Shown here: positions 51,304-63,960 of the stretch, in pieces
Layout of the letters: each line of letters opens with the position of its first letter
Position numbering within the stretch: position 1 is the stretch's first letter
DNA from: Dicyema japonicum
Lineage: Eukaryota > Animalia > Dicyemida
Reading direction: 5' to 3'
DNA length: 64,000 nt
Assembly: GCA_011109175.1 (NCBI GenBank)
Contig: RDEW01000053.1
Span: 248,001-312,000, forward strand
Program-made: the position numbers and the translations under genes
Notes under the pieces: generated by a model
Told to the model about the DNA's origin: nothing
Databases searched by the model: none
What the model saw: only the letters and a program-made list of their open reading frames with translations

Positions 51304-51859
51304 TAATTATAATTTTCGTTTTGGGCCTAAAACAAGCACTTTTTCAAAGTGACCTTGAGGACCGAATTCTTCTGATTTAACACCACTTGTCCAAATCTTT
51401 TTGAGGGACGCTTTGAACAGATGAAAGCAAATTGCAGTCATAGTGGGATGGCCAAAAAGAGTGTGGATCACCTGGCTACACGATGTACCAGGATGCTAAA
51501 TAATAACAGCCTTTTCACGAGAGCCATAATTTTTATAGCTCCGCATAGGCAGGACACACACTTTATTTGAGTAAAGAACAGTTAATTTTAACTAATCGTA
51601 GAACCAAGGAATGATCTTCACTTCTTTTTTCTTGTGTGTGTGTCCTTTCTAGACAATCCAATTCCGCAGTGAGTATCCACTGATGACGACGTCACTCGTC
51701 AAACCCTTTTGACCAGGATGTTAGCGGTGCGTATATGCGGCGACATAACGAAGTTGTATATTGTATACACCTACAGCTATGTCGTCAATTTGGAATAAAA
51801 GAACCAAGAGGATAAAGACGCATACAGTCCGATCGATTGTGTCAAACAGTAAAGTTGAA

Positions 51860-52235
51860 ATGAGTCGATACAATACTACAAACGGATATACAAGTTAAAA
51901 ACAACAAAACCTGATATTTTCGTACACTGATATTTCTGATTTTTTCGGATGCATCCAAGAACGAAATAATACTAATAGAAGTAAGGATCACCTCCCAAGA
52001 TTTGCTAAAACACTTGAAGTGGAAAAACTCCACAAATACAACCTTCTGGCAGGAGAACTAGCACAAATTCACAAAGCGATTGTTATGACATGGGATGGAA
52101 TAGTAACAAAGTACTACAAGTCCTATATGGAAAGACTCAACGTGGATGTCTCTACTAGAGCGTACATCCAATCAATGACGATTAAAAAACTTTAGAGAAC
52201 ATGATAATCGAGCATAGACATGGGCTGAAAGTTGA
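51860..52235 (+). mobile_element. RLE-type (R4/R2-like) non-LTR retrotransposon C-terminal fragment
   Basis: TDIQVKNNKPDIFV...IILIEV.IT...EKLHKYNLLAGEL...VMTWDGIVTKYYKSY..RL (PD-(D/E)xK nuclease). Confidence 0.7.
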
Positions 52236-52499
52236 TGACTATGATGATGAGGTTACAAAAGTGACTAATCATATTTCAAGAGGCTCTGAACTCGGAAGTG
52301 ACGTCGAAGAGATTCCACGAGAAACAGCTGTCTTGCCTAGTGATTTGCTTTCTCAATTGGTATATCGACACTTATACAAAAGGTTTTTTATTGTTATTTC
52401 TTAGTACGGAATATGACTTCCAGTTTAACTTTGAGAGGGTACATTTGCAGTCTTCGTATTATAAAGAAAGAATGGGAAGCTGGAAGTGGTTCATTCACA

Positions 52500-53940
52500 A
52501 CGACAAAAAAATCAAAACCACTGGAAATAATAGTTAATTAGCATTTTGTAAAATTGTTAACTTTGATATACTTAGTTAGTTTGTTAATAGCACTCCCACG
52601 TGGCCATAAGCACGTAAAATGCCTAAGGTTTCGCTCGTGCCGTACACTCGACTATTTCCCAGTCAGCCCTCTCCATCTAGCTCTGTTCTTCGCGCGTTTA
52701 CGAATATCCTCAAGATCGTCTCCAGTTTTGAGTTGACCGCCAATTCGTGCGTAATCGTTATTCAGGCAGAGTACATCTTGGCTGACCCCGAAATCCAATT
52801 CCGTGATTTGAATAGTAATCTTCCATGATTTTATTGCAAGGAATCACTTCGTCCATTCTCAGAACATGTCCGAAAAGTACATCGGTGTAATTACTTCTCT
52901 GCTTATCGGTTTGCATTTACATAATTTGTAGAGATGTCGTTTTGATAATCTGTGGCTATTTGATTCCCGCAATTTTCTCAATTGATTTCTATGAAATGTG
53001 TCTAGTCTGTCAAGGTCCGTTTTTGATGTTCCCCATGTTCCCGAGTTATATAATAGGACTGGTTGTATGAACGCGTTATATAAGCGCATCCGAAGATTTA
53101 AGGAGATAGGTTTCTGAGGGTCCAAATACTCCACATCTTTTTCAGTGCACACGATGCCAACATCTTTCTACGAGCAATGTCCTCAGCATCACCCAAAAAC
53201 GAGCCGAGCCTTTTAGTAAACCTCCATTTCTCATCAATCCGTGTCGATAACCGCTGAATCAAAGTTAACTTTTTTTCTGAATTGACCTTCAAAGACCACC
53301 TCTCCAGAACGTTGTGGCTTTATCTACTACAGTTCTTAGTACCTCCACATTCTCAGACACAAATCGATGTCATCAGCATTATTAATTCCACAAAATGATT
53401 ATTTAAGTGACCCAATTCTTTTCTAACGTCCCTCAACGCAGCTTCCAAATAGATTGCAAAGAGAACTGGAGAAAGCGAGTCCCCTTGCGGAGTACCAATC
53501 CCGGTCGTGAATTTTTCCGAAAGCCCTACCCCACTTTACTATGAGGCCGTCTCAGCCAGCAAAAAACGCACAATCCTCAAACAGTCTCATCAATTATCTC
53601 CTTGAGAACTTGCAATAGTTTATCTCGCAGACACATCGAATGTTTTCGATAAGTCGACTCCCAGAATATACATTGTTTTTCTGTACTTCTGACATATTGC
53701 CGTAACCCACTGATGACTCCATACTATATCAGCCGTTGATCCTCCTGGTCTGAATCCGCTTTGAGTTTTTCCGGGTCTTCCTGGTTTATCCACAAATATT
53801 GTCATAGCTAGCAGCTCTGTTGTATACAGCCGAAGGAGTGCTCCGTGAATCTCGGAATTCGTAATCACATTATTAAGTGAGCGAGGCTGTCCTTCGAATT
53901 GCGTGAGGGATAAAGTGTTCTCTCGGTTGAACTGCTTACT
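52500..53940 (-). mobile_element. Decayed RTE-clade LINE RT
   Basis: QSGFRPGGSTAD, GVDLSKTFD, GIGTPQGDSLSPVLF, ADDID, MRLYNAFIQPVLLYNSGTW. Confidence 0.85.
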
Positions 53941-54296
53941 AAAAGTGTGAGGCTATAAGTCCAGCAGAACGGTTAGCGTCCAATACAGAGTGACCAAACT
54001 CATCATAAATTTTTAATTTGGTTTTAGCTGACCCGCGCTTGAGTAAACGCACAGCCATAAAACATTTTTGCACATGAATGTAATCTTTTCACTTCCACTC
54101 CTAGTTGGTCCAAAAAGTCCGACCATGATCAAAGCACATTCTTCTTAATTTCGTGTTGGATTGTATTCGCAATTTTTTAAATTCGGATTTTTCGTTCAGG
54201 ATCACAAGTTTCAATTTGAAGTCTTATATTTGGTTGAAGGATAGACAATTCATTGACTGTCGAGTTATATGATTTTTATATCTTACTTTCATAGTA

Positions 54297-54700
54297 AAGT
54301 AAACCCTCATTAATCCGAACTTCAATAATCCGAATTTTTTGATGAGTCATCAAAATTTTACGAAGATTCCATACAACAGGCTTCAATAAACCGAAACTTC
54401 CGCAATCCGAAAGACATTTATTTAAAATTTCGGATTAATTTATTTTGTTTTATTGTACATTTAAATTAATTTAAAATTTAAACAGTACCCACATGGTTAG
54501 AAAAAGGACTGAAATTTCTATTGCTCAGAAAAGAAAGATTTATGGAATAAAAAATACACCAAAAATGACTTTCAGAGAATTATCCCATATCTGTGAAATA
54601 AAAATGAACCTTTATTTGGGAATTTCAACACTTTCATAAATTCTTAAAATTCGTGAAAAATGGGAAAACTGTGAAACTATGATCAACAAGTTCCACTGAG
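54297..54700 (+). mobile_element. pogo/Tigger transposon 5' remnant
   Basis: AGTAAACCCTCATTAATCCGAAC TIR, then MVRKRTEISIAQKRKI...TFRELS...LGISTLS (CENP-B-type N-terminal HTH). Confidence 0.75.
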
Positions 54701-56329
54701 CTATCCGAAAATTTATTCTTCTTAATTTTCTCTAATCTGCGTATTTCTTGCGTGATCATCATAATTTCTAGTTCCATGAGCATAAGGTCATCGGGATCAG
54801 GACATAGACGTAGTTCGTTTTTTAAACATTGTTTCCTTTTCAAAAAAAAACTATAAAATTTTTTTGTTGTCAAAGGAGAATTCTTGTAACCGAATAGACT
54901 TTATTCGACTATATGTTTCGCGGTACGATTTAAAAAAACAATTAAAGTCACTAGAACTCTCAAGATCCGACTTGAAAACTTGGATTACAAAAATTCTTAA
55001 AACGTTCCAAATATATAACAATGCATTTTCGATGGTGGTCCCAGTGTATACTTGTCAGATCATAGCGTACTAGAGTAGGATTGAACTCTAAAGGAGTTTG
55101 GTTGATTTTATAAAAATGGTAAATGATCACTACCAATCTCACCTAGCGTAACCATAAATTGATGAACAAATTCCGATATTAACGCCATTCCCAATAATCC
55201 GAGACACTCGGAGAATAGTGATTCGGGGTCGATGACATCATAACAGAAAACCCAAAAGACACCAGACATGTCCTTCAAAACAAAACCATCTCTGTTCGTC
55301 CCCAAACAACCAAACGAGTATCTCTCGAGTTTAAGCTCCCAAAAAGGATCGAGAACGGTGCATTTCATCATGAAAAAAATTTTCGATAAGATGAGGATAC
55401 GAAAATGCGAAATTTTTAGGTCAAAATTTTGCATTTATAAAGTCAAAAAAATCGCCCTAATCATAACAAAATAAGATTGGGGTTGACGAGTGACGCGGTT
55501 ATCAGTGAGCGCATCATCTCTGCGGAGCTGAATTGTCTTCTGGATTCACAAACAATAAAAAAAGTAAAGAAAATTTTCAATGTCTTAGATATGTCTTGGA
55601 TTAATTAACATTACTGCTCTTACTTTTAAAATAAAGTGTGACTTCTGCTTAAGGTGAGGTTTAAGTAATAGAAAAATTACATACTCGTTCCGTAAAATAA
55701 AATTGTATAATTTCAATAAAATGAGTTTATGATAACATTCAATTTTAGATGAATTTGTCATCGGCTTCATAAAATTATTCTTACCAGTCTTATTATGAAA
55801 TGCCAATTACAATCAAAATAAATAACTTGATCTACCAAATTTTTCTTAAATTCTCAGACAAATTTTACAACATCTCAATAAAAATAGAATTAAATTCTAG
55901 TATTTAATAGTTAACACTCAAAGATAATAAAGCCTACACAATACAACAATCTTCCAAATATTAAACATGGAGATTATTACTGGAAATTTGAGAATGGTCA
56001 TATCTCACATTGTATTTATTTTGGTGATAGAATATTACACTAAAAAATCATATCCATATTTTATTGGAAATTGTTTGATATAATTTAATTCAGCACATGA
56101 CTGTGATCTATCTAACGAACCAAAAGTTCGATATTGGTATTTTATTGCGGAAAATCGACTGAAAGGAGTATTAAGTGGAAAATTTAGAATTACATTTTTT
56201 ATAATTACACTGTTAAAATAGTAAATTGTATATTTGGCAAAATATGGCAAAATATGATACCAATGGAATATATTCCTGTTCTTTAACTGCTATTAATTTT
56301 CTCGTTGTTTTTTTTTATCATAAAAACTC

Positions 56330-56620
56330 CCAAGCACATTCATAATAATTTCGTTAATTTTCCTAATCCAGATAGCTCTTTTCTTGTTTTCTCTCTTAAG
56401 TAGTCCAGGTTTTATGAATTTTCAACTTTTTTTTCGATATCGTGATTATGGGATACGCCCATAAAGGATCACAGTTTTTCTATTCTCTCTGGAAAAATAT
56501 GATTCGCAATGTGGCATCTGCATACACCTTTTTGCAGTCAGAATTATAAGATTCCCCATTGAATGTAAAGGAGGCATCGTTAGTATTCGAGAACTTTAAA
56601 TAACCAGATACAACAGTCTG
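56330..56620 (-). mobile_element. Probable Merlin transposase C-terminal remnant
   Basis: YNSDCKKVY and DPFMGV...IE resemble Merlin I.SD.W.AY and DP.TGVHT..IE. Confidence 0.4.
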
Positions 56621-56939
56621 TGACCAGAATTTATAAGCAACCGCTGTCGCCGAGACGAATGAAGTCATAGGGGCTCAGAAAATCTCATTTAAGATCGCTT
56701 AGGTAAATGATATCTATATTGAGCAACCTTTTATAATAATTGTAACAATCGATTTTTGCCTAAAATTGACCTAGAATTTATCAGCGACGAGCGATCTGAT
56801 TCTGTCTAGTAGAATCATTGACCTGCTTCTTTTAAATTTTTACGTTTCCACGGCTACTAGTCAAAAATGAACTGTCCACCGAGACATACGTATTTCTTCA
56901 CCTTTAAGTTTCAGCCTTCTCCGAAGCTGAGCCTAGGTT

Positions 56940-58900
56940 AGTTGCTGTCATAACAAGATTGGAAGGCTAGGCTTAGAGAGCCATAGTTCAAGCATGTCAA
57001 GCATTTGTTGAGCGGACTGAGTCGCTGATTGAATGCTTCTGTCCTTGGAAGCAAGAATGATATCGTGGGCATAGGAGAGGATTAGGCAGTTTTTCATTAC
57101 AGGTTTGTGGCATGTCGTTTATGTTAGATTGAAAAAGGCTGGCGATAGTGGAGATCCTTGAGGGATTTCATTTGGTATGAGACGGGATTTTGACTTTATG
57201 TTATTGCAAATCACTTGTCCACGTCTCCCCCTTAAGAAGTTGGCAATCCATAGTTTTATGTTTTGTTGGATGCATGTATCGTATATTTTCTCAGTAAGGA
57301 GTTTTCTTAAGACTGTGTCAAAAGCCTTTGTTATATCAACAAAGACCAAGACTGTTTGTTGGTGTGGTTTAGTGGAATTGAATCCATCCGCAATAAACTG
57401 GCACAGGGACATTAGGTAAGTTGCTGTGGAGTGTTTAGCTCGGAATCTATTTTTGAAAAGAGAGAGCGGGATGTAGTCTTTGATATTTTCAAAACTAATC
57501 TCTTAAGTATTCGGGAAAGTGAACATAGAATCGAGATTGGTCTGTAGAAGAGTCAATTTCGGATTTTCCTGCTTCAAGATCGGTTTGATGTATGATCTTT
57601 TCTTACATCCGGAATAGTGTTCATATTATTGACATTGTGAATATGTAAGCAATTAAGTCTAAAGCAAGAGGTCGTAGATGCTTTAGTTCCGTGTAGAAAT
57701 ATTGTCTGGACCTCGGGCTTTGGAGTTTAGGGCCTTTGATATGCACTGGACGTCCTTCACCGTAAATGTAATCCACACGTATGACCATTTCGGTTTTATT
57801 TGTTTAAGAGTACTTGGTGTTCTTTGGAGTGGTTTTTATGTGTTTTGAAAGCATAGTATTTCATTAAGGTGTTTGGTTGTAATGATATCCTATTTTGCAG
57901 TTCATCAAAAAACTCTTTGATTGATTTGATTTTGTTCCAGACCTTCTGTACTGACGGATTTTCTAGTAGGGCTTTTGATCGTTTTGTCAGCGTTTCTCGT
58001 TTGTATTACTGATATATTTGTTAATCTTTGTTTAATGTACGAATTCTTATTATATACCCCCTCGACGGTATGTTATTATTCTTTAAATAGTTTCTTTCTT
58101 TGACTAAATGTATGGCTGTTGAATTGAATCTCCTGTTTGTCGGTTGTCTTCTCATTGTATAAATATATTTTCTAGCTTCTTGAATGAACGAAGAGAACTG
58201 CTTTATAATGTTTTTAGATATGAGGCAGCATGTAGTTTTGATAACTCTATGTCAATATAGCTCGCAAATCTTGGCCAGTCAGCGAGGATATCATTTTGTC
58301 TTGAGGGGTTCTTGTGTAAAAGTTAGGGTCGTTTAGGATACAAAAAGGTTCCTAAGTCTTCGATTAGCATGTCCCCCGCCTGTTTGACGTCTGACCTCTC
58401 AGCCAGAGCGGGTGTTTTGTATTTAGGTCACGCAAAGAAGAACGTTCTTTAGTGAGCTGATCGACGAAAGTTTTGGGCAATGGCTGATGATGAATGAGAT
58501 AGATATGAATTGATCAGAGTAAGACGTAACCTTAAGAGTTGGATTTTTGTGGCCAGAATTTCGATACTTTCATGGTTTTGGAGGCGGTTGTAGACGTATT
58601 TGGTGATATCTTCATAAGGGATCCCGTTTCGTATGATACTTAGTAAGCCTCCCCCAAGTTTTCCACATCTATCTCTGCGAATAAATGAAAATCCTGAAAA
58701 TTTTGGAGTTGTGTTCGCACTTCTAAGTTTGGATTCTTGTGATAGAAGGACGTCAATTCGATATTTTACCATATGGTCTCTGAGTTCGATAATCTTACAT
58801 TTGATCCCGTTTATATTTATTGCATGATCTTTAGGAGTTCGATTTGACGTTCCCACACATAGACAGTCCATCCTTTTATGATAGGGGTAGTTTAACTCTT
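56940..58900 (-). mobile_element. Decayed Jockey/I-like LINE spanning APE N-terminus to RT
   Basis: ININGI..K..EL.D....Y.IDVLLSQESKL..., RRDRCGKLGGGLL; ARGPDNI; VFVDITKAFDTV; IPQGSPLSPAFFN. Confidence 0.85.
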
Positions 58901-59779
58901 TTTTAAATGTCTCCAGTATGTTGAGTTACGTGACATTCAAACAACCACAAAACAGAAAAAAGTTTAAAAAAGGGAGACATAATATGAAATTAATTAGACA
59001 TTTAGTGGAATAGCAGTCCGACCAATTAACAAATTGAATTACTTGTCCTAAACATAAAATTAGTTAAGTTTCTCTTGTGCCGTATTCCGAATCATCCTCT
59101 CCGTCAGCTCCGACCATGATCTTCCGTTCCGTCCTAGTTCTCTAGGTAGTCCAGGTGTCCGCCATTTCCATTATAATGCAGATCCTGATGGACTGAAAAT
59201 CCGAAACCATAATGTCAGCAGACTGGTGAGAGGATAAAAAGGTGGAATCTGCCGAATATTTATGTTCATTGTACTGTCTTTTTTGTCTCTTGTAGACAGC
59301 AGACAGGTATGTCATATTTTGTTAGATCGCATGCCAGTTGTTGTTTCTTGTAAGGTTGTTTGAGTCCTCTATTAAAAAATCCCAGAGTGAACGGAGAAGT
59401 CGGTAAGGAATACGAATAAAACATAGTGCAATAGAGGTTATGACTTTTTAAAAGTTAATATAATAATATAAATTACGTAAGAGTAGACATAGTTATGACT
59501 TTTTAATTCACCTTAGACTGAAAAAGTAATAAATATCAAAACCTCAACAGCCAACATAAGTATGAGAAGCTGTGGATTGGATAAATGAGTTTTCTCCATT
59601 CCCCATAAAAAAAGTTGAGGATTTCTCAATGGGGTTCCATTATTGTATGATAATGGACTACCTCTACTTATTAAATGTTAAAAAAGTAGAAACTTATTAA
59701 ATATTCTAGAAATTCTCTGTCCTAAAAAAACACCTTGAGTATGAATTTTTACGGAATCTTAAAGAACTACAAAGCATGT

Positions 59780-60200
59780 TCGTCAAACTACAAGGTTAAC
59801 TGATTCCAGATCACGTGCTAGGTAATTCCCATAGAGAAACTGACCAAATCGAGATCCCGAGACAACTACGAGTTCGTCCCGTTGTTCTACAAGTTTTTCA
59901 TTGCCAATTACGACGTGTCCACTCGTAAGAAGACGGAGGAAAGACACATGAAAATTTTCTCCCATTCCGCCAAAGACATCTCGCGTGGTGCCAGTCTATT
60001 CGACTTTTTGTATAGCTTCCCCCAACGTTTCACGCATATGTTTTTGATACATTTGCTAATTTTCTTGTTAAGAGTATGAATTCTGGAGCTATCAACATTT
60101 TCGGGTGAGAGTTTCCCTTTCAGCCTACTTTCTTTCATCATTTGTTTTATTTTTGTGCCAAAGTGTCCCGAAGAGGGGGAAATACTAACCATTAAGATGA
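59780..60200 (-). mobile_element. Probable Ty3/gypsy integrase N-terminal remnant
   Basis: GHFGTK (H2C2 zinc-binding start) followed by ...AEWEKIFM (resembles PWE.ISMD). Confidence 0.45.
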
Positions 60201-60559
60201 ATATTTTTTTGCCACAAAGATAATTTCGTTGAAAAAAAGTTATGACTAGCTATAAGTTTTATCACTCTAAGATGACCGCTCTCAAAAACATTACCACTGA
60301 CGATTTGTAAAGAAATGAGCTAAGTAAACGAGCTCATTTGTCTCTTACCTTCTACTTCCTCGCAATAAACGATCAAAGCGGTTTATCAGGGTTAGTTATC
60401 CGCTTCAATGACTTCTCATGTTTTCACAGCGACCGGTGCAAAAATTAACTGCCCACCAATACATTCGGGTTTAGGCCCTTTTCGAGGCTGATCCTGGGTG
60501 AATTGCTGTCAGTGCAATCCACACAAATCGGTCCCAGGTGAAATATCGACAGTTTTTTC

Positions 60560-60830
60560 TATGTCAAGAGAGTTGCCTCGTCATGTCTTTTGTTGGCTGA
60601 AACCAGTCCGAGACGCTCCAAATCAACTAGAATTTAATAATTTCTTGTCACAATAACTCCGTTGATGGTTCTATGCTTAGACTCCTTCCAGCACTCCTTC
60701 GGCAGGAGGTGCGTGAAGATCTTGATCAGATCTATCTACAGCAACTAGTCAAGCAAACATTTACACAAAACCTTATTATCGTGGAGTCGTCATCCAATAG
60801 AGCCCCACAGAGGTACATGGAAGGCTCTGA
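60560..60830 (-). mobile_element. Decayed CRE-like fragment (another short one at ~49445-49560, +)
   Basis: GALLDDDS, SCRRSAGR; GTLLDDDAMRIG at ~49490. Confidence 0.5.
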
Positions 60831-61070
60831 ACCATGAATCAATTTCGTTAGTCGATGCAGAAGTTTATTATGCCAGATGATATAAGTTTTATCTTATGAA
60901 TGGTTTAAACTGTTATCCCAGTATTTTTTGTGAACTCAAGAAGGTCAGATTATAATCTGGCATCATTAAGTATTAGACATACCAGGTAGATAATATAATT
61001 TTTTTACCCCCAGGACTTTCAAGTAAAAAAACTGATGGATAACAAGAACTTCACAGCAAAGAGTGGACGC

Positions 61071-61385
61071 TCACAAGATCCGACAGTTGTATAAGGTTCT
61101 GTGCCGGACAAGTGAAGAGGTGGCCATATTCTTGCCGTCAAAAAGGCAGGATAGGCAAATTGGAGAGAACGATAATTTGATTCTGTTCAGAAATAAATAT
61201 AAATCCATGTGGTGACCAAAATGTAGGAGTGTAAAGTGGACAAGAATTTCTTGCGCTAAGGAAACTTCGTTTCCGTTTTTATTCGGCGAATGGTGTCTCA
61301 GAAGGTTATTGGTACCAATACGTCTGATTGCTTTGGTGGATCCAGTCATGAATTGATTTCTGGCGTTATTAGAAGGGCCAGTCAC
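61071..61385 (-). mobile_element. LINE C-terminal zinc-knuckle fragment (I/Jockey-like)
   Basis: EVSLAQ....GHHMDL..FLNRI...SPICLSC pattern. Confidence 0.55.
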
Positions 61386-61590
61386 TTGATGGTTCGTAGA
61401 ATCTGTATTTGATCACGGAAAATATGAAAATTTTTTTTTGTTAAAAAAAACCAAAGAAAGTGAGCTGGATGAGCTAAAATAATGTTAAGTTATATTCTTC
61501 CGAATAAATAATATTTTTATATTTATGCTGGCGAACCAAAAAATATAAAAAATATCGCACCATAACTTTAATTTGTTTTTGTGTATATCT

Positions 61591-62676
61591 ATGGTGGAAC
61601 CAAAATTCTTATTCTGATTCTTCATTGAAGTGCAAATATTCGGCAAGGTCTGTAAAACGACGAGTAATGGCCCTGATGAATTTGATGAACGATCAGGTCT
61701 CGTTGAGGATTGAAAGAGACAAACAGATATTCCGAATTAATAAGAAATATGAATCCAAGAGGAAATCTATATTCGAGAAGGTATCTCTTAACTAATCTCC
61801 CAGCGACGTCAAATCGTCGAAGGAACCTATGAACCTACCGACGAAGAGAGCAACTGGACTAATTCCTTTGATTCAATAAGAATTTTCAGACCCGTGAGGT
61901 CTGATAGGAATGTCGTTCGTGGAATTCCCAAGTTTTGGCTCACTGTTTTAAAGAACAGTGAGTTGTTAAATTGTTTCACTGTATAAAGTTTTTCTGATGA
62001 ATAGGAGAACGACGAGAAGGTTCTCAAGGATTTGGTGGACATTCGTGTGGTCTCTCAGAACATAAGTGATAATTTGGCAGTTTGTGAACCTGTAACCGTA
62101 GTATTGGCGTGTCATCTTCGAGTTTTCACCAAACAAATATTTTACTAACAAGGAACTGATTCTTTCTGTGGTGGACATTTTCAGCACAGAAGGCATGAAG
62201 AGGCTTTATTACGATGGTCCGAAGTCTTTCATCCTGACGGGGTACAGTGGCTCTGACTCTTAGGTGCCAGATAGATTGGAAACCTTTTATGAACTTGACA
62301 GAAAAAGTACGAACGAATCATAATCGAGTGAATAAGCAATCGATAATATTGACGGAGATTACACCTACACATTCAATATTCAAAATCTTCAATCCTTCCT
62401 TTTGTAGTATTATATTCACTATTTAGTATATAAAAATAATTATGATGCGGAGGAGGATCCAAAGGTTGTGACGATGATGAGTTTAGGTTGACTTCACTAG
62501 AATAATGTTTGAGGATGTTCTGAAGTTGTGTAAAATTTTGAGGGATAATGTGATTCCACATGCTGAGTTGTATTTTCTGAATCAGATTAGGATTAAAGTT
62601 TTGTTTGTGTATAATTTAGGATTCTAATGTCTCGAATAATGATCATCAAGACTGTTCGAGTAGTAGTAGTACGTAG
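61591..62676 (+). CDS. NAP1: Nucleosome assembly protein 1-like histone chaperone, ~8 exons
   Basis: VKRRVMALMNL, EGTYEPTDEE..W, RGIPKFWLTVLKN, ENDEKVLKDLVDI, FEFSPNKYFTNKEL, DGP, TGCQIDWK, ILRDNVIPHAELYF. Introns 23, 24, 22, 22, 23, 22, 22 nt. The start region needs one A fewer near 61602-61605, so the ATG is uncertain. Confidence 0.9.
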
Positions 62677-63674
62677 AATGATGAGTTTAATTTGTTTTTC
62701 TTACATTTCCGTTAGAGCTTGGTTTTTGTTATTTTTAATTTGTGATGGAGTATGTTAAGGATATTTTTATCTGTAAGAGGAGACATCGTAATAGTTTTTA
62801 GATAAACTATCTCAAATATATAGCTTCCGGTGAACCTTCATTAAGGTAAGGCTCTTAAATAAAAATTATTAATTAATAGAGCAACCATATCCTTGTAATA
62901 AAAATGCACCAAATTAATGTGCTTCCTATACAATTGAGTCATCCAATTTTAAAAAGGTCATCTGAACATATGCAAGCACAACGTTTATCTTCTGGAGGCA
63001 TTCTGTAAAGATTTGCTTCGAATGGGAGTTGGAATTTAACAGCCTTACGTACGCTACCCCAAGAATTGAAGGAGACCTTGTTACCGGTATCTGAAAAATA
63101 TCCAAAATAAATTTTCAATTCTTCTTTAAAAGACGGTCTGAAAAGAATAAAGTAAAAAAGTTGAGTTTGCGGCCAAAATCGTAAGGCTGATAGCAATCAA
63201 CCAATTGTTATGTCAAAATCTCCATTGTGTCCTGCAGGTATTAAACATGTAATGGGAGTTACCTAGCATGATCGCGAGCGTCATTCTAGGCACACCCTTC
63301 CGCAGTCCTGAAAGCCGCCCTCTTGCTTAAAAATTTCGCTATATGGGCATTGACTGCTTTTTTCCATCATAAGTAATACTTCAACCTATTTGCCTCATCC
63401 CTGTGGTTGATGGATATTAATGTACGCTTGCCACTGAAACTATTGCAGACTGACTTTCTAATGAGAATCACAAATGTCTCAAATACCGAATACAGTCGTA
63501 AAAACACACATGGATCCAGTCCATATTTAAGCCTTATAATTAAGTCAAATCCACGTGGAGAGAAAGACAAACCCTTATAAGTTTCCAAACTTAAAAGAGG
63601 TAGAAACTAGTGTTCTCAAAGTTAAGTAAAATGACATTTGTGTTATCACCCTAAAAATAAGCTGTATTGTGGAT

Positions 63675-63960
63675 TTGTTTCAGACACCCTGAGCAGCTGC
63701 GTCGACTACGGAAAACCTAAAAATCAAGAAATATTCTTGCCTCAAAGACCGCTACCGATTTACTCCTGTTGCGATCGAATCATCGGGAGCCGTTGGTCCA
63801 ATGACGGCTGAGTCCTTGGAGAACTCGGAGGAATGCTTGCCAGAAAAAAAAGGATCAACGAGAAGGGTTATGGCTGAGACAAAAGATTGAAATAGCCATA
63901 CTCCAAAGGAACTCGCTCGCAATCCACGCAGCCGGCTTTCTCAACTAACATTTGTTTCTT
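63675..63960 (+). mobile_element. CRE-like 3'-terminal fragment, close to 18700-19000
   Basis: QTP.AAASTTENLKIKKYSCLKDRYRFTPVAIESSGAVGP; same 3' UTR (AACTRACATTTGTTT...A-rich). Confidence 0.85.

Noticed and set aside
51678-51707. CTGATGA followed by a hairpin, resembling a hammerhead core
   Set aside because: The stem is followed by TCAAA, not GAAA, and no stems I/III are evident. The sister copy at ~17915 lacks CTGATGA.
62900-63600. Coding-like segment with weak mitochondrial-carrier-like words (KQEGG, GLRKGVPRM) on the minus strand
   Set aside because: No consistent splice path or full carrier signature could be built; left unresolved.
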